NCBI GenBank assembly: GCA_030704615.1
Contig: CM060734.1
Location: 45,756,001 to 45,820,000, forward strand
DNA from: Takakia lepidozioides
Taxonomy: Eukaryota > Plantae > Bryophyta
Direction of reading: 5' to 3'
DNA length: 64,000 nt
Shown here: one piece after another, positions 11,343-24,192 of the stretch
Layout: each line of letters starts with the position of its first letter
Position numbering within the stretch: the stretch's first letter is position 1
The notes under the pieces: generated by a model
What the model was told of the DNA's origin: nothing
Database searches by the model: none
What the model saw: only the letters and a program-made list of their open reading frames with translations
Program-made: the position numbers and the translations under genes

Positions 11343-14300
11343 GAAAAATTGGACGTAGTTCTCAAAATTCGTTGCTAGTAGTGCAGAGCAACGCGAAGCC
11401 CTAGTTACTTCTTGTATCCTCAGAAATCCACCTTGGTTTGTTGGTTAGGGACCTTCGCTGCATCGCCGAGGTTGGGGGGTCAACTCTCGCTTGTTGCAAC
11501 TTAGCTGGTTTTGCTTATATTTAAAAACCCTTGAAATAGCTCTATAAGTAATTAAATAGGCTAGTTGGTTTTGAATTGATGGACTTATTGGTTAGTGGTT
11601 TAGCTCGCACCTCTAAGGTTGGTAATTCAAATTGCCGCCGCACTGCTCTTTTTAAGCAGTTTTGATCCTCTCCTTTTATTTCAGTTATACGAAGATTGTT
11701 TGATGGGCTGATCTTTTCCTTAGAATGATCTAATTGCTTATCTATTCTTGACTCATATAAATTAATGGGGACTAGTAAAAATTAAATAAATCAATATCCC
11801 TATCTTTTAAAACATAAATATATACATAAAATCCTTAAAAAAGAAAACAAATAATTAAGTTGGTTGGTTGAAATTAAATTTTGTTGTTTGCTTAATAACT
11901 AATATTTACACTAGGCTATCTCTTTATATATATATCTAAAAATCATAATTATTTATCTCGAAGTAATTATACACTCGCCTTACTTATTTCTAGACTACTG
12001 TTTTTCTAAATACGTCAATGAGTTAGCACTAACTGTTGGTTACAAATTACAAACGCAAATACTTATAACATAGAAAATTTATAAATCCACACTAGCAGCA
12101 CCCTTGGAGCTAGGCGGTGCCTTCAGGACCTAACCTGGCTCTGTCTAACACTTACCCTAAATTAAGTATGCAACTGTTAATGGGGTGAATTAATGGTTGA
12201 CAACTATCTTCGTCCACGTGGAATAATATATTTTGAAATGATAAAAATCTAAAAAAAAAGAATTACTACACATGGAGTAGAAAGTGGTTTCAACCACTTC
12301 CCATCACTGAGGTGTCTTTAACCATGAGGTGTCTTTAACCACTCATAATTTATCACTATACCCGTCCATGTCGGATATTATCACTATTAATATAAATATT
12401 TGATCAAATGTCGAATAATAAATATAAAATTAAATATTACACGTGGATTACTCAGTGGTTGAAACCACTTCCAACCACTCCATATGATGCCACCGTGGCA
12501 TTTCATCGGAATTAACCAGTGGTTACCATTACTTGGAATTGATTTATAAAGTGGTAAAAGATAAGAGTGGTTAAGGGGGCCAGTGGTTATTCCGCGTTTT
12601 CCTTCTAAGTGAGGGTAGTGGACAGTTAGAGAAAACGAGAAGAAAAAATAAATAAAATGTGGAGAATTGGGAGGGCGGGGGGGAGATGTTAAGCTATGCT
12701 TATCTATCTCCGATGATAAGCTCGAGCGAGATACAGAAGGCAAGGATCTGGACTTTCATCATGTGGGATTAAGAAAGATGTGTGACTGTTCAAGAAATTA
12801 CCTAAGCAAAGGGTTTGTTGCTAGTCCGAACGATGCCCCCATGACTGGATGTTCATGACTCATTGGCATATTCACCAATGGCTAAATTTCCACAAAACTG
12901 GATTCAATGCATGCACCTGCATGCACCATCAGAAATTGAAATTGAAGTTGGTTGTTGCCTGCCCGAGATAGACAGGAGTTGAAAGACCATAAAGAATGCG
13001 GACTCTTTTATGTTTTGCTGATGTCAGCATGTACCTCTGTGCCCTTTTCAAGAGCTTGGAGGCTCCCACACAAAAACCTTGAGGATCGCCCTCCTCTCTA
13101 TGGTCTTTCCAACCCAAGACTAGGCCTACGTGCCTTCTAAAAAGAAAATGCCAGTTATGCGGCTTTGGGTGCTTGGGCCAACGCGAGGCACGAGGTGGAG
13201 GCTTCAAAGCAACCAAATACGACTCAAACTGCAAGCAACCTCGAATTTCCCTCACATGTGAAGAAGTCGTGTGCTGCTCTACTTCGGCACAATGACTAAG
13301 AATACTCACCGCATGAGCAAGGTGCTCTGGAGGTGGTGGGGGCTGCAGTATATCTGCTGCCTTACGCTTGGGCACCATGAATATCCCTGTATCCGCCCTT
13401 TGCAGCCCACCAGCTTGTGATTCAATTCACAATCAAGAGCGACGCCACACCATACTCGAAAGACTACACAGCCACACCCTAGTCAGTTACTGTGCGCAGC
13501 TTGCACATTGAAGACTTGCAGCAACACTAGGTGGGATGACATGAACACTAACAGCTAAGAAACTCCATAAAAGCTGCAAAGACTAAAACCGGCCTGGAGA
13601 TTAAATGCATGAGCCTAAACTATGCTACTCCTTAAACAACCCCTGCCAGATGAAACGTAGGGCGCCAGGCCGAGGCCTTTGCGCAGGAAGTGAGGGTGTA
13701 GGGAATTCCAAAAAGGCCTTGATGTGAAATGCAGCGCAATTCACTTGATCAGATGCCAATTCAATTGAATTGCGATGCCAATTCAATTGAACTAACCCTA
13801 ATTTGCAATTCAATTGAATTGTAATCTATAATTTTTAACGCAGTTTTGTATATAATATATATAATATATTATCATGTATATGTATATATATATATGTATC
13901 GTATACACATATACATACGAGAGTATAAGATGAATATACATGTTGGCCCGTCTATTCGTGTTGCCCATCCATCCTTTGCTTGTGGTAAGGCCTAAGTCAC
14001 GACATGAGTCGCGTAGCCTAAAGGAGAGATATATACTACACATATATACTAGTAGAGGTATCGTCATTAGGTTGTAGCCCTGTTTGATATATCTACAGAG
14101 ATATAGTATTTCATTTTACATGAAAAGTTGGCCAAATTAATCTATATTTATGCGGAGGTATCGTCATGAGACAGTAGCCCTGTTTAGTATACCACCAGAG
14201 GTATAGCGCCTGACTTACAAAGAAACCTGGTCAAATCAGCCTATATGCAGGTTGAGGTATCATTATGAGGTAGTTGCCCTGTTTAGTATACCTACAGAGG

Positions 14301-14712
14301 GATTGGCAACGTACGCATTCTTATCTCTGTTTTTATCCCAGTCCTCGCTTGTTAGATTCTACAGCTGTTCATCGCGTAGCACTTGGCTACATGATTGTCT
14401 ATTGTTTCTGGTTTACTCAATAAGAAGAGTGGGATAGAAATGTCAAGTGAGTTTTTCATGGTACGTGTCATGGTTGGGTGGACATGAAGAGGCCAATGAA
14501 GAGGCAGCAGCAGAGCTGACACATTTGGTAAGGCAACCCTGTCCATCCTGAGTATGAAGGATGCTGCACCCTCGGAAATACAAGATGCTTCAAGTAAGTT
14601 CAAAGAGCTTTCTTCTCTTTCTGGTGTGCTGGATATGTATGCGGAGGACAACTAATATCACCTTAGGTGCCAAGGGAGAAACAAACAACCAGACCCTATT
14701 TCATTTCATTTT

Positions 14713-14716
<4 letters not shown>

Positions 14717-14776
<60 letters not shown>
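14717..14776. repeat. (CT)n microsatellite
   Basis: Direct reading. Confidence 0.95.
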
Positions 14777-14777
<1 letters not shown>

Positions 14778-15278
14778 TGTTTCTCCCTGTCCTCTAGGAA
14801 GCCTATTGACATTGGGTGGACTTGAAACGGGAGTACATTAATGTCTCTATCACTAAATGCCGGCCTTCTGACCTCGTGTCCTTGTTTGTTTCGACCTTAA
14901 GCGTTTTGCTTCAGGTAAGGTAGTGCATTGGATTTAGTTGGAAAACTTGGGGCCTTTCCCTCTTTAGAATATGCCTACACGAGCCATTCCCTGCAACTCC
15001 CTGGAGTGTGATCTCTGAATGGTAACAAGCGGACTCCTACCGCTTGGGGGCAGCCCCTCCGCCCAAATTGGGCAGTCGTATGCTCTGTCTAGTATACTCG
15101 GCACTTGGGCTCGGGTTGGTTCCTGTGCTTAAACTTATGGCCTGCGAAAACAATCAAAAATTTAGCTCCTATCAACATCAACACTCCTCAGGGTGATCCC
15201 TGGGAATTGGTTACTTATGCCAAATCTAGGGCTTCATGTGTATAATTATCTTTGAATGTGATTGTCCCACTTATTCAG

Positions 15279-17022
15279 TTAATCACAATTACATACAAGA
15301 GCTTGTGTAATTAAAAGTTGGAGAGCTTCCCTACTTAACACGGTATTACCAATGAGGTCCAATTGATCAAAATATCTATATTCATGCGTTGCCAAACCAC
15401 AATACCGAGACATGTAGTAGTGGAGATGAAAACAAGAGATCGAATCCTTCCCAACCTTTCCAATTTCATAAGCTTGTGCACGGACACGAACCATGTCAGG
15501 AATGAGTTCAGCTCCTTTGGTAGGAAGGTCATGCAAACCACCTGCACATCGTCACCTTTGATTCCCACGAGGCCCCAAGTCTTGGTTACCAATGTGTCGG
15601 GGGTCTTCCCTGAACCGTGGGTCATCAATAAGGTGGCTGGTCCATCTACATGATCAAACACATCACCACATTAGAATAACATTCCAATGTAAATTGTAGC
15701 TTAACAATGAAAGTACAAACAAGAGAAAACCATGAGCTTACCCATGCAAACGTTCATACTCGCGAAAGAAACGAGCAGGAACATGTGATCGACGATATCA
15801 ACCGTTTTTATTAATCGTGCAAACTCGATGTCCATTCCAAATCTTCACGTATTCATCAACAACTTCTTGTAGTATGGGCATATATACGTCAATAAAAGAT
15901 TCTCGTTGCCACGGATCGTCCATATCCAATAATCCATCATTGACCATTGCTTGGAAGCAATTTTTGTAGTAGAACATTACCTTCTCCCATAGATGCCGCC
16001 AAAAGTGTTCAATCCTCTAACGTGGTGATTACACCACACAAAGTATTAGGAATATGCACAACATTACACACTCAATGATTAATAAAGATGAACCAAGAAA
16101 TATGACAGAAACGTAAAGTTGATATGCAAGATAGAATTGTATAGAACACTAACCTGATTGTGTGTAGAAGACCCAGTCAAGTACAGATTGGGTGTTTCAG
16201 AACGTGTGGCTTCAATGTGTTGTTTTATAAGAGAGTGCTCTGCTGCAAAATCAGATCGAATTCGTAAAGGTGCTCCAAACTTGGAAACTGCATCGTGATA
16301 TCCTTTGAAAATGGTTTTTTCTTTCTTGTTTCTTGCAATGTTCGCCCATAAAACAAAATGAGAGGCCCCATCAATGCCAGCATGTACTCGAAGACCAAAC
16401 ATTGCCAATTTGTCATAAGCTGCACCACAAATTGCATACATGTTTTAGTTTGCCTACAATTTTGTGCGATATGTAATACAAGAAAACGTCTTGCATGTGC
16501 ATCTTCAAAGAACATTAAGATGCATGAGATAAAATACTTACAGTCAATGTGCCATAGAGCCATAGGCATTGTCACATTATACTGAGTCCTCCGAATTGCC
16601 TGTGCCCTTCTCCTACGCTCATAATGGTAGGGTGAGATGATTTTCAAAGCTTCCCCCACCTTCCTTCGAGGAATCCGCCAATTTGACCTCCTTAAGGCAG
16701 ATTGCACTATTCTCATTCCCCAATTTGATCCATTCTCTTCAATAGGAAGTAACTCTTGAATCTTTTCACACAAGCGTTGGACACTCAATTCATGATGAAC
16801 TTTGAAAGGAGACCCTTGGACTTCTGATAGCAATCTTCTCAATGGTCGTACATCATAAAAAGAAAGGTCAGTGGCGATTGATTTCATTGTGGCACCCTCA
16901 TTCAACATTGCTTCCACATAAAGTACTAAATCATCCACTACTTTGTCACCATCCAAATGGTTGTTTTCCATGCTCACATGATCTGTCTTATCTCTGCTTA
17001 ATAGCCCCAGTGCCAGTGCCAA
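15279..17022 (-). pseudogene. Intron-containing DDE integrase/transposase (exons ~16542-17022, 16154-16419, 15742-16016, ~15279-15646)
   Basis: Splicing gives LWHID|SYDKLAMFGLRVHAGIDGASH...PLRIRSD...GSSTHNQ|RIEHFWR...WNGHRV, i.e. a D-D-E triad of the integrase-core type. In-frame TGA stops occur in exons 3 and 4. Confidence 0.8.
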
Positions 17023-20000
17023 TGCCTTCGACCTTGCCCTTGTTGTAATTGTTTGCTGTTAATTCTGTAGTCACTGCATCCACTCACACACTCCCCATAG
17101 GACTTGCGTCACTAAAGTTCACATAGGCTATCAAGTAGATGAACCAAATGTACTTTGAAACAACAACTACTCTATCCTAAAATGTATTAGCAAACCACAG
17201 TACACAGTGTGGGCAGGTTGAAGACAAACCATGTGATCAAGCTCTTTCTTTCAGTGTGCGTGTTGAGGAGCGTTTGGTAACCCACTCTACTACCCCTAAA
17301 GTTCTCTCCTCAAAACTCATGAGTCACCTGCACGTACACAAGAACTACAACTTTAGCTAAAATGATATCTTTATCAATGATTGGGGGAACCCATGCCAAT
17401 ATGGGAATGTGCTTACTCATGGGCAGATCTTGTCATTTGGTGATCCAAGAAGGCTTCCATCATACATAGCGCCACCACCGCTCAACCCTAAACTTGTTGT
17501 TGCATTCTTCTCTTGTTACTTCTCGTCCTCCAACTGATTTGATCCTTTCACTTTTAGGGCACCTCTGCCCTAAAAACCCTTCATCACTTCATTTCTCTCT
17601 CCCTTTCCCTCGCTCTCGCTCTCTCTCTAGTATATATCTCTCCTTTAGGCTATGCGACTCATGTCGTGACTTAGGCCTTACCACAAGCAAAGGATGGACG
17701 GGCAGCAGGAATAGACGGGCCAGCATGTATATTCATCTTATACTCTCGTATGTATATGTGTATACGATACATATACATATATATATACATGATAATATAT
17801 TATATATATTATATACAAAACTGCGTTAAAAATTATAGATTACAATTCAATTGAATTGCAAATTAGGGTTAGTTCAATTGAATTGGCATCACAATTCAAT
17901 TGAATTGCCATCTGATCAAGTGAATTGCGCTGCATTTCACATCAAGGCCTTTTTGGAATTCCCTAGAGGGTGTATGTCCAATTGCAGGCGTGCATAGGAG
18001 CTTGAAGGGCGACTTGCAACAAACAAGATCAATGCAGCGAAGCCATAGCAGGCTGTGGAAACGAGAGAAATCGTAGGAAGAAGAATGGCGCTAAAGCAAT
18101 ATGGCACGGCGGGTGAGGGGCTATCACCCACGACGAGATGACAGGTGGCTGCTGTTGTCCGCATGGGCGGACATGCAGCCCGCCGCCAGGGCCATCGCCG
18201 TGAAATGAAGCCAGTGACCTGCCACGTCGGCAGGTCAACTGTGTTGGCGGGGCTCCGGCTTTCGATTTGGGGGTACCCCTGGGCCTTTAGAAATTGTTGC
18301 GGGCTGCGTTTATGTATTTTGGGGCGCAATAAACTCGAGTGTGTGGCCATCGATGCCGCGCTCACTTTTCATTCAGCTCACTTTTTCATCCACATTCATC
18401 CTACATTCATCCATGGAAGTTATTCCGTGGATGAAAATGTCTGCGACCTGTTCGAGTCGCGTAGGCCTTAGGGGTTAAGAGTAAGTGGTGGGACCAAACA
18501 CCACATTCAAGATTGTATTCACGATGTTCATCTTACAATAAAAGGTAAAATTGTAGGGAACTGGGTATAATCAAATAGATAGAGCGGAAAGAATAAATCT
18601 GAAATAAACTGAAATAAATGGATCTCCAAAAAAATGAGCTATTAATCAATTTTTTCGATTTGAAGTACAATAAGTCAATATTAGTCATTTGATGATTTCC
18701 TGATCCCAAAACAATGACTTCCTTGATCAATATATGTATGTATATGGCATTCACCATAGTAACTCCGCAATTTCCATGTTGCTTGCTATGGTTTTCTTTG
18801 ACATTCAAACTGAGGCATGTAAGGCTTGGATCAAACTGTCTGCAGACATCCGCAAGCATCCGGAGACTTGAGTATCAACTCCACAGTGCCTTCACCGCAT
18901 CGTGGGCAAGGCTTGGAATCATTTGCTCAAGCCCTTCGCCAGCCTCTTGCATCTGGAGCTCAATCCCTCAAAGCTGGAGAAATCGCAACTGCCTCCTGCC
19001 CTGACTCCCCGGACTTCGACCGTGACATCAATTGGAGACACATCAAGGGCAAGCGTTCGGTGAAGTTAATTTTTGATCGCTGATTGTGTTTACCTCAATC
19101 CAGCAGGGAAAGGGAATTCGCAAGATGCCACAGTTTTCTTTAGCTAGTGATTACCTGCGCTTCTTCGATCCTCCATCGGGCTCTCCAGTCTGCTCGCTCT
19201 AGACTCCATAGGCATGCAGTTATATTTGTTTCAATCCTTTGCTTTCTAAGGATGCATCATGCACTAAATTATTGGCTTTAGGCCTTCATTTCCTGGGGTG
19301 GTGGTATGGCCGACAATGGTCGCCCATCTCCATAAGCCTTTTTTGGTCATGGCACTTGCCAATTCGGCAGTCTCTCTCATTATAGTTTGGGCTCGTCCCT
19401 CATCCTTTGATGTGCACGTTGCCTTATGGCATCATTGGGGTTTATTTTTTCCCCCTCCAATAAAGTAAATGGCCAACGCCTTTATTTATTTAAAAAAAAT
19501 TTGAATCCAGATTGTACTTATCAAATAGGTATACATTTTAACTGCTAAACACTTAAACTAGTTTTCACCCCTTCAAAGAGGTTGGGAACAAGGCTGTTTT
19601 ACAAGTGTTCATGGGTTCATACGTTCAAACCACATAGTTGTATGATGGATGTCACCCATTAGTAGCCAACCCAATTATTAAAATGGGTTATCCAATAGAT
19701 AGCCCAATGGTTATGGCATAATAATAGTGATCATGGGTTCAAAAGCATATATGTGTGTTGGATATCATAAAGGTGTCAACTTTCCAATAGAAAATGCAGG
19801 GTTACGTTTGCTTTGGCAAGAGCCACATTTTTAAATGGGTTCCCAAGTCAACATATTATGGAATGGTTCACTCTTGTAAATGTGGATACATATCTGCAAG
19901 GCATACCCAGACCACACCACCCGAGAGTGGTTGCTCCCATGCAAGTGTAGTTCTCCCCGTTGCCACTGTCCTGCCCAACTATGTCCGAACACGAAATTAG

Positions 20001-21200
20001 CAAGATACTAAAGCAACAATCAAGATACTAGCAACGATGGATAATTGCTAAACTATAACATAACAACTTTGACCATAAGAAAGCGTCATAGTTCTCTATT
20101 CGATCAAAGCCACTAATTACGCTTCGCAAAATGATATGCATATTCAATTTCTCGATAAACTGCTTCAAAATCTCTTCTTTTGCCATTTTGGTTATGAACC
20201 GTTTCAAAATCTTTCTTTCTTTTTAGATTTTGGTTATATTCCATTATCCTTGATTGGGCATTTAAGCTATGGGTACTTCAAGTCTTGTTAACTGTTCGAT
20301 AAATATAAATTAAAGACAATATTACCATAAAAATCTTGAAGATATCTCAAAGGGCTTGACATATTTGGATATTCAATTGGTGTTGGGTCAATACTATTGA
20401 ACGTAAGTTTGATAATTCTAAACTATGGCCAAGTTGGCTATTTATAAGGGAAAATTTGTGATGGCTGTTGGTGGCCTATTCATATCCAAGGGCTTCAACA
20501 TTTTCATATGGCCAAACGAGAATATTGACAAAACTTTTCGTCATTGAGAGTCTTTTCAACTTTTCGAAGCTAGATCAATGGAGTTCTTGGACTCTTGAAT
20601 GAAGGGATGCCACCTTTGGATTATTTTTAGAAGTGGTTTTTCAAATCTCTGGGGCTAAGAAATGACAATCCACTTTGACTCTTGAGGACAACTTACAATT
20701 AGAGATCTCGAACTAGACTATGTGAAAATACTTTGTGAGAGCTTTATGTGGCCAATGAAAATGATTTAGAGTATATGTTATATAGCAATGATTCTCAATG
20801 ATTGTTACTATTCTTTGTATTCAACGTGTCCTAACCATTATTGTGTTTGGAGAGAAATATGCTTCAATGAGCGATGATAGTCAAGTCTGCTAGTATCAAA
20901 CTATATTGATGACAAATTGTGAGCCTTATAAGAACAATGAATAATCACATTTGTAACATGAATAATGTTGTAGCCGTGTTCGTGGAGAGTGGACCAGAAT
21001 GGAATTTTATATATCGTGAATCATATGAAGAAGAAATATTTCATGCAAGATGCACTGATCAATTTGAGTCCAAGGCATACTGGGGGCCATAGCACACAAA
21101 TCTTTTAATCAGTTTTATTGTGGATTCATTGCAAGCCTCGATTCGCCCCTACCATTATCAGCTTCATAGATATATAATCCATATATTATATTTATAAGCT

Positions 21201-22811
21201 ATGGCCCTTGAGCATGTTAAAGTCAACATTAAAGTTGTGGAAAGATTTGAATTGACCATTGAGCCACCAAAGGAGCGATTAAGAGTACCGCGATACCCAT
21301 TTCAACCGAATGTAGAAGTTGTTGCATGTTTAACTAAGGTTTGCAAGGATGTAGAGAACAAGGTGGACAATCAAGTTTGGTGGGATAGTTGGTTCATATA
21401 TATGAGTAAAGATCAACTAGATAGAGATGATATGCGTGATCTCATCTTGTCCAAATTACCCGTTGCTAAGCTTTTTGTTGTAGGATGTGTGCCTGAATAT
21501 AGTCCATTCATGTACCATTCGCATTTAAACCCGTTTCTATATGGACATTTGAAGCACAACAAAGAATACTTTCCCAGTGCATTTTGTATACGTGAAGATG
21601 ATGCAGATAAACTTGGTAAACCATATGAAGTGAAACCGCGTCAAATATGGGCTTTCCAAATTGCAAGAAAAAAGTGGGTGACGATGCCTTCTTTGGACTT
21701 CCTTCCACCACAAGTAAATGGAATGCTTGCCGGAGAAGGAGGTTTATTATTGTTGTTTGGAGACATACCCCCATCATATATTTTCTCACTGGAGGTCAAG
21801 GAGGTTCTTGCCGAAGAGAATCCTACGGATAAAGAATCTACAAAAGAAAAATCTGTTAAAGAAGAAGCTAGCGACAAAAACGACGATAAAGAGGAAGTAG
21901 AGAATGAAGAAGGTTCTGCGAAAAAAATTGCTCGTAAAAAGTCAGTTGATGAAATACCCATTTTGGACGTAGAACCTATAGATCCTTATGATCCAAATGT
22001 GGAGCACCTTTTAGTTGTATGTAATCCCATTGCTAGAACATTTCGAATCCTCCCTGCTATGCATTGCCACCTTGAGAATCTTGTAGGTCATATCACTGTA
22101 GACCCTTCATCAGATTCATATGTTGTTCATATTGTGGGATACCATCGTCCCATATCTCAGTGTCCAGAACAAGAAGGAATGCGAGTTGCCATTTTCAAAT
22201 CAGCCAAGCAGAAATGGAGAATATTCGCAACACCACAAGGTCGGCTGTTTCGGTCTGGTTTGTCATCGTACGCCCGTGCTCTTCCGTTTATAACAAAAGA
22301 TATTGAAGGGCCCACACTTTTTTGTACTGGACAAGTGTTGACACCAGAGCAAGATGTTTGGGTTCCAGTGATTCTGGGCTTTAGAAAAAAAACGAGATGT
22401 TGGAAGGCTTATTGTTGGCCACCAGCATCAGTAGTGGAGTCCCCTCAAATTTTGCAATGCAATGAGAAATTGTATATAGTGGCCCGGAGTGTAACTGAGC
22501 CTGTCACATTGACTATCTGGAACTTCGTAACTCACGAATTCAGTATCCCAGACTGTCATCAGATCACTATCATGCCCCATTTCTTATTCTCTAGATGCTT
22601 TCCATACGGATTCCATGTAATAGCCGAGTTTGATTGTGTTGTAGACATGATTTCCATCATGTTTACATGTCGGAAGAAGATGTCAATAATTGCTTGCTAC
22701 AATATCAAGAGCAACAAATGGAGTGAGATGCCTATGTATCCCACTTTCATTCAAAACTTGACATTTCTTGGGAATTGGTTGTATGAGCCTGCAGCCTACG
22801 CACAAGTGTAG
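21201..22811 (+). CDS. Intronless F-box / kelch-like (F-box-associated beta-propeller) protein, 536 aa
   Basis: Long open ORF with F-box-like DDMRDLILSKLPVAKL and plant F-box-associated motifs (W..MPSLDFLP, AGEGGLLL, LVVCNPIARTFRILP, ACYNIKSNKW). Internal E/K-rich insert. Confidence 0.7.
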   Translation: MALEHVKVNIKVVERFELTIEPPKERLRVPRYPFQPNVEVVACLTKVCKDVENKVDNQVWWDSWFIYMSKDQLDRDDMRDLILSKLPVAKLFVVGCVPEYSPFMYHSHLNPFLYGHLKHNKEYFPSAFCIREDDADKLGKPYEVKPRQIWAFQIARKKWVTMPSLDFLPPQVNGMLAGEGGLLLLFGDIPPSYIFSLEVKEVLAEENPTDKESTKEKSVKEEASDKNDDKEEVENEEGSAKKIARKKSVDEIPILDVEPIDPYDPNVEHLLVVCNPIARTFRILPAMHCHLENLVGHITVDPSSDSYVVHIVGYHRPISQCPEQEGMRVAIFKSAKQKWRIFATPQGRLFRSGLSSYARALPFITKDIEGPTLFCTGQVLTPEQDVWVPVILGFRKKTRCWKAYCWPPASVVESPQILQCNEKLYIVARSVTEPVTLTIWNFVTHEFSIPDCHQITIMPHFLFSRCFPYGFHVIAEFDCVVDMISIMFTCRKKMSIIACYNIKSNKWSEMPMYPTFIQNLTFLGNWLYEPAAYAQV

Positions 22812-24192
22812 AAAGATGGCTTTAGAACTCATAAACCATTGATCAATTAGTCAGAGTTTTCATCTTTTGGTTGGTTGGTTGGATTTATTTTTATTTTCAA
22901 GAAATTGGGAAAAAAAAGTCATTTTTAAATTATTTGAAGAGAAGTCATGAAGAAGAAGACTTTTACCAAAACAAGTGTAATTTTTTATGTCACTTCATTC
23001 CTAATGGCTAATATATTTTTTAATAAAAAATAGACACAATTATGAAAGTACAATTTTTTTTCCGTATTATTATTCGTCATATAAAAATATTAAATTTAAT
23101 ACTGATACAATAGGTTTATGAAATGTTTGAAAATCCATCATCAAGTATATATACTTCAGTGTCAAATTTGTATATCTATTGTATTAAGTGAACATTGTCA
23201 CACCATCTGTGAAAAAATATTACATTTTCATCCAACAACTATCATCCTTATTTTTCATCTATAATATTTCGTCCCTATCATTATAGAAACTCCATGGGAC
23301 ATAATATTAAGTCTATGTCTACTACACTGTGAGATCCTTCGGTATTTCTTTGAAAATTGACAATGAAATGACGCAAATATAAGATAATAAAAAGAAGAGA
23401 GACATGGTGAGAGCTACATTTAGTTGTAGTCCCCATGTTGAGCTAATCTATCATCAGAAGATAAGGATGTGGATGCATCCCACAACCATTTGCGGCCCGG
23501 ATCAAATAATAGATAAACAGTAAACAATTATTGAACTTGATAAGGGTTAGAGATAGGCACCACTCACTAAAGTACCTCCATTTTAAGGGGAGACGGATCA
23601 GCCATCAATGATACATATATACTCAACCATCCTAATCACAGCCATAGTCGAGGCAAAGAAGCAGCCTTTAAAAAAAAAAACAATCATGAATCCCTAAACA
23701 CTTAAGCAGCCATTAAGCGGCCTCATGGTTTCACTTCAACATAAAGTTGTCGTTGGATTCCCAACGGAATCCAAAGTTTCAACATGCCGAATGTGTATGA
23801 AGATCTTCTCTACCAAAATGTCTAATCAAATCAATTCATTGGGCACGCATAGTAGCCCATGCATCCATGGAATCTTTCACCATTTATTGGAGCTGTCAAA
23901 TTCCATGCTTTATCTGGATTGTCGATGCCCGGGGAAGGGGGTGGGGGGCACATGTTGAAGGGGCCAATCCATTTGGTGAAAGAACAGAGATGAACCCTGT
24001 GGATGGATTTCATTATACCATGGATGGACGACGGTTTCGACAATACTTGAATCTTTCAATTACTGAATTATAATGGCACACAAGCAGAGATGCGATGGAT
24101 ACAAACTTCAGATGAGGATTATGTGAACTGGATGAAGGAGCAATGCTTGTATATATGCCCATGTTTGTTGCAATTGGAGATTCAATAAGACA

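Larger units (their letters stand above)
6480..11404 (+). mobile_element. Putative non-autonomous composite Helitron carrying PDF/PPR/DYW fragments
   Basis: Starts A|TTCTAGC-CGACCGAAGGTCG hairpin (also at 48489 and 59350). Ends in hairpin-CTAG|T (also at 6295 and 59349). Internal cargo is all on the + strand. Confidence 0.55.
13699..17965 (-). mobile_element. DNA transposon with IS3/IS481-type (rve-like) DDE transposase, IS3EU-like
   Basis: Near-perfect TIRs at 13699-14038 and 17628-17965 (TAGGGAATTCC...GGAATTCCCTA). Direct repeat GAGGGTG at 13692-13698 and 17966-17972. Internal spliced DDE gene. Confidence 0.9.

Noticed and set aside
12929-13378. 149-aa minus-strand ORF
   Set aside because: No motif that I can assign.
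18800-19000. Minus-strand peptide faintly like a MUS81/EME1 HhH region
   Set aside because: Two stops, and the similarity is too weak to support.
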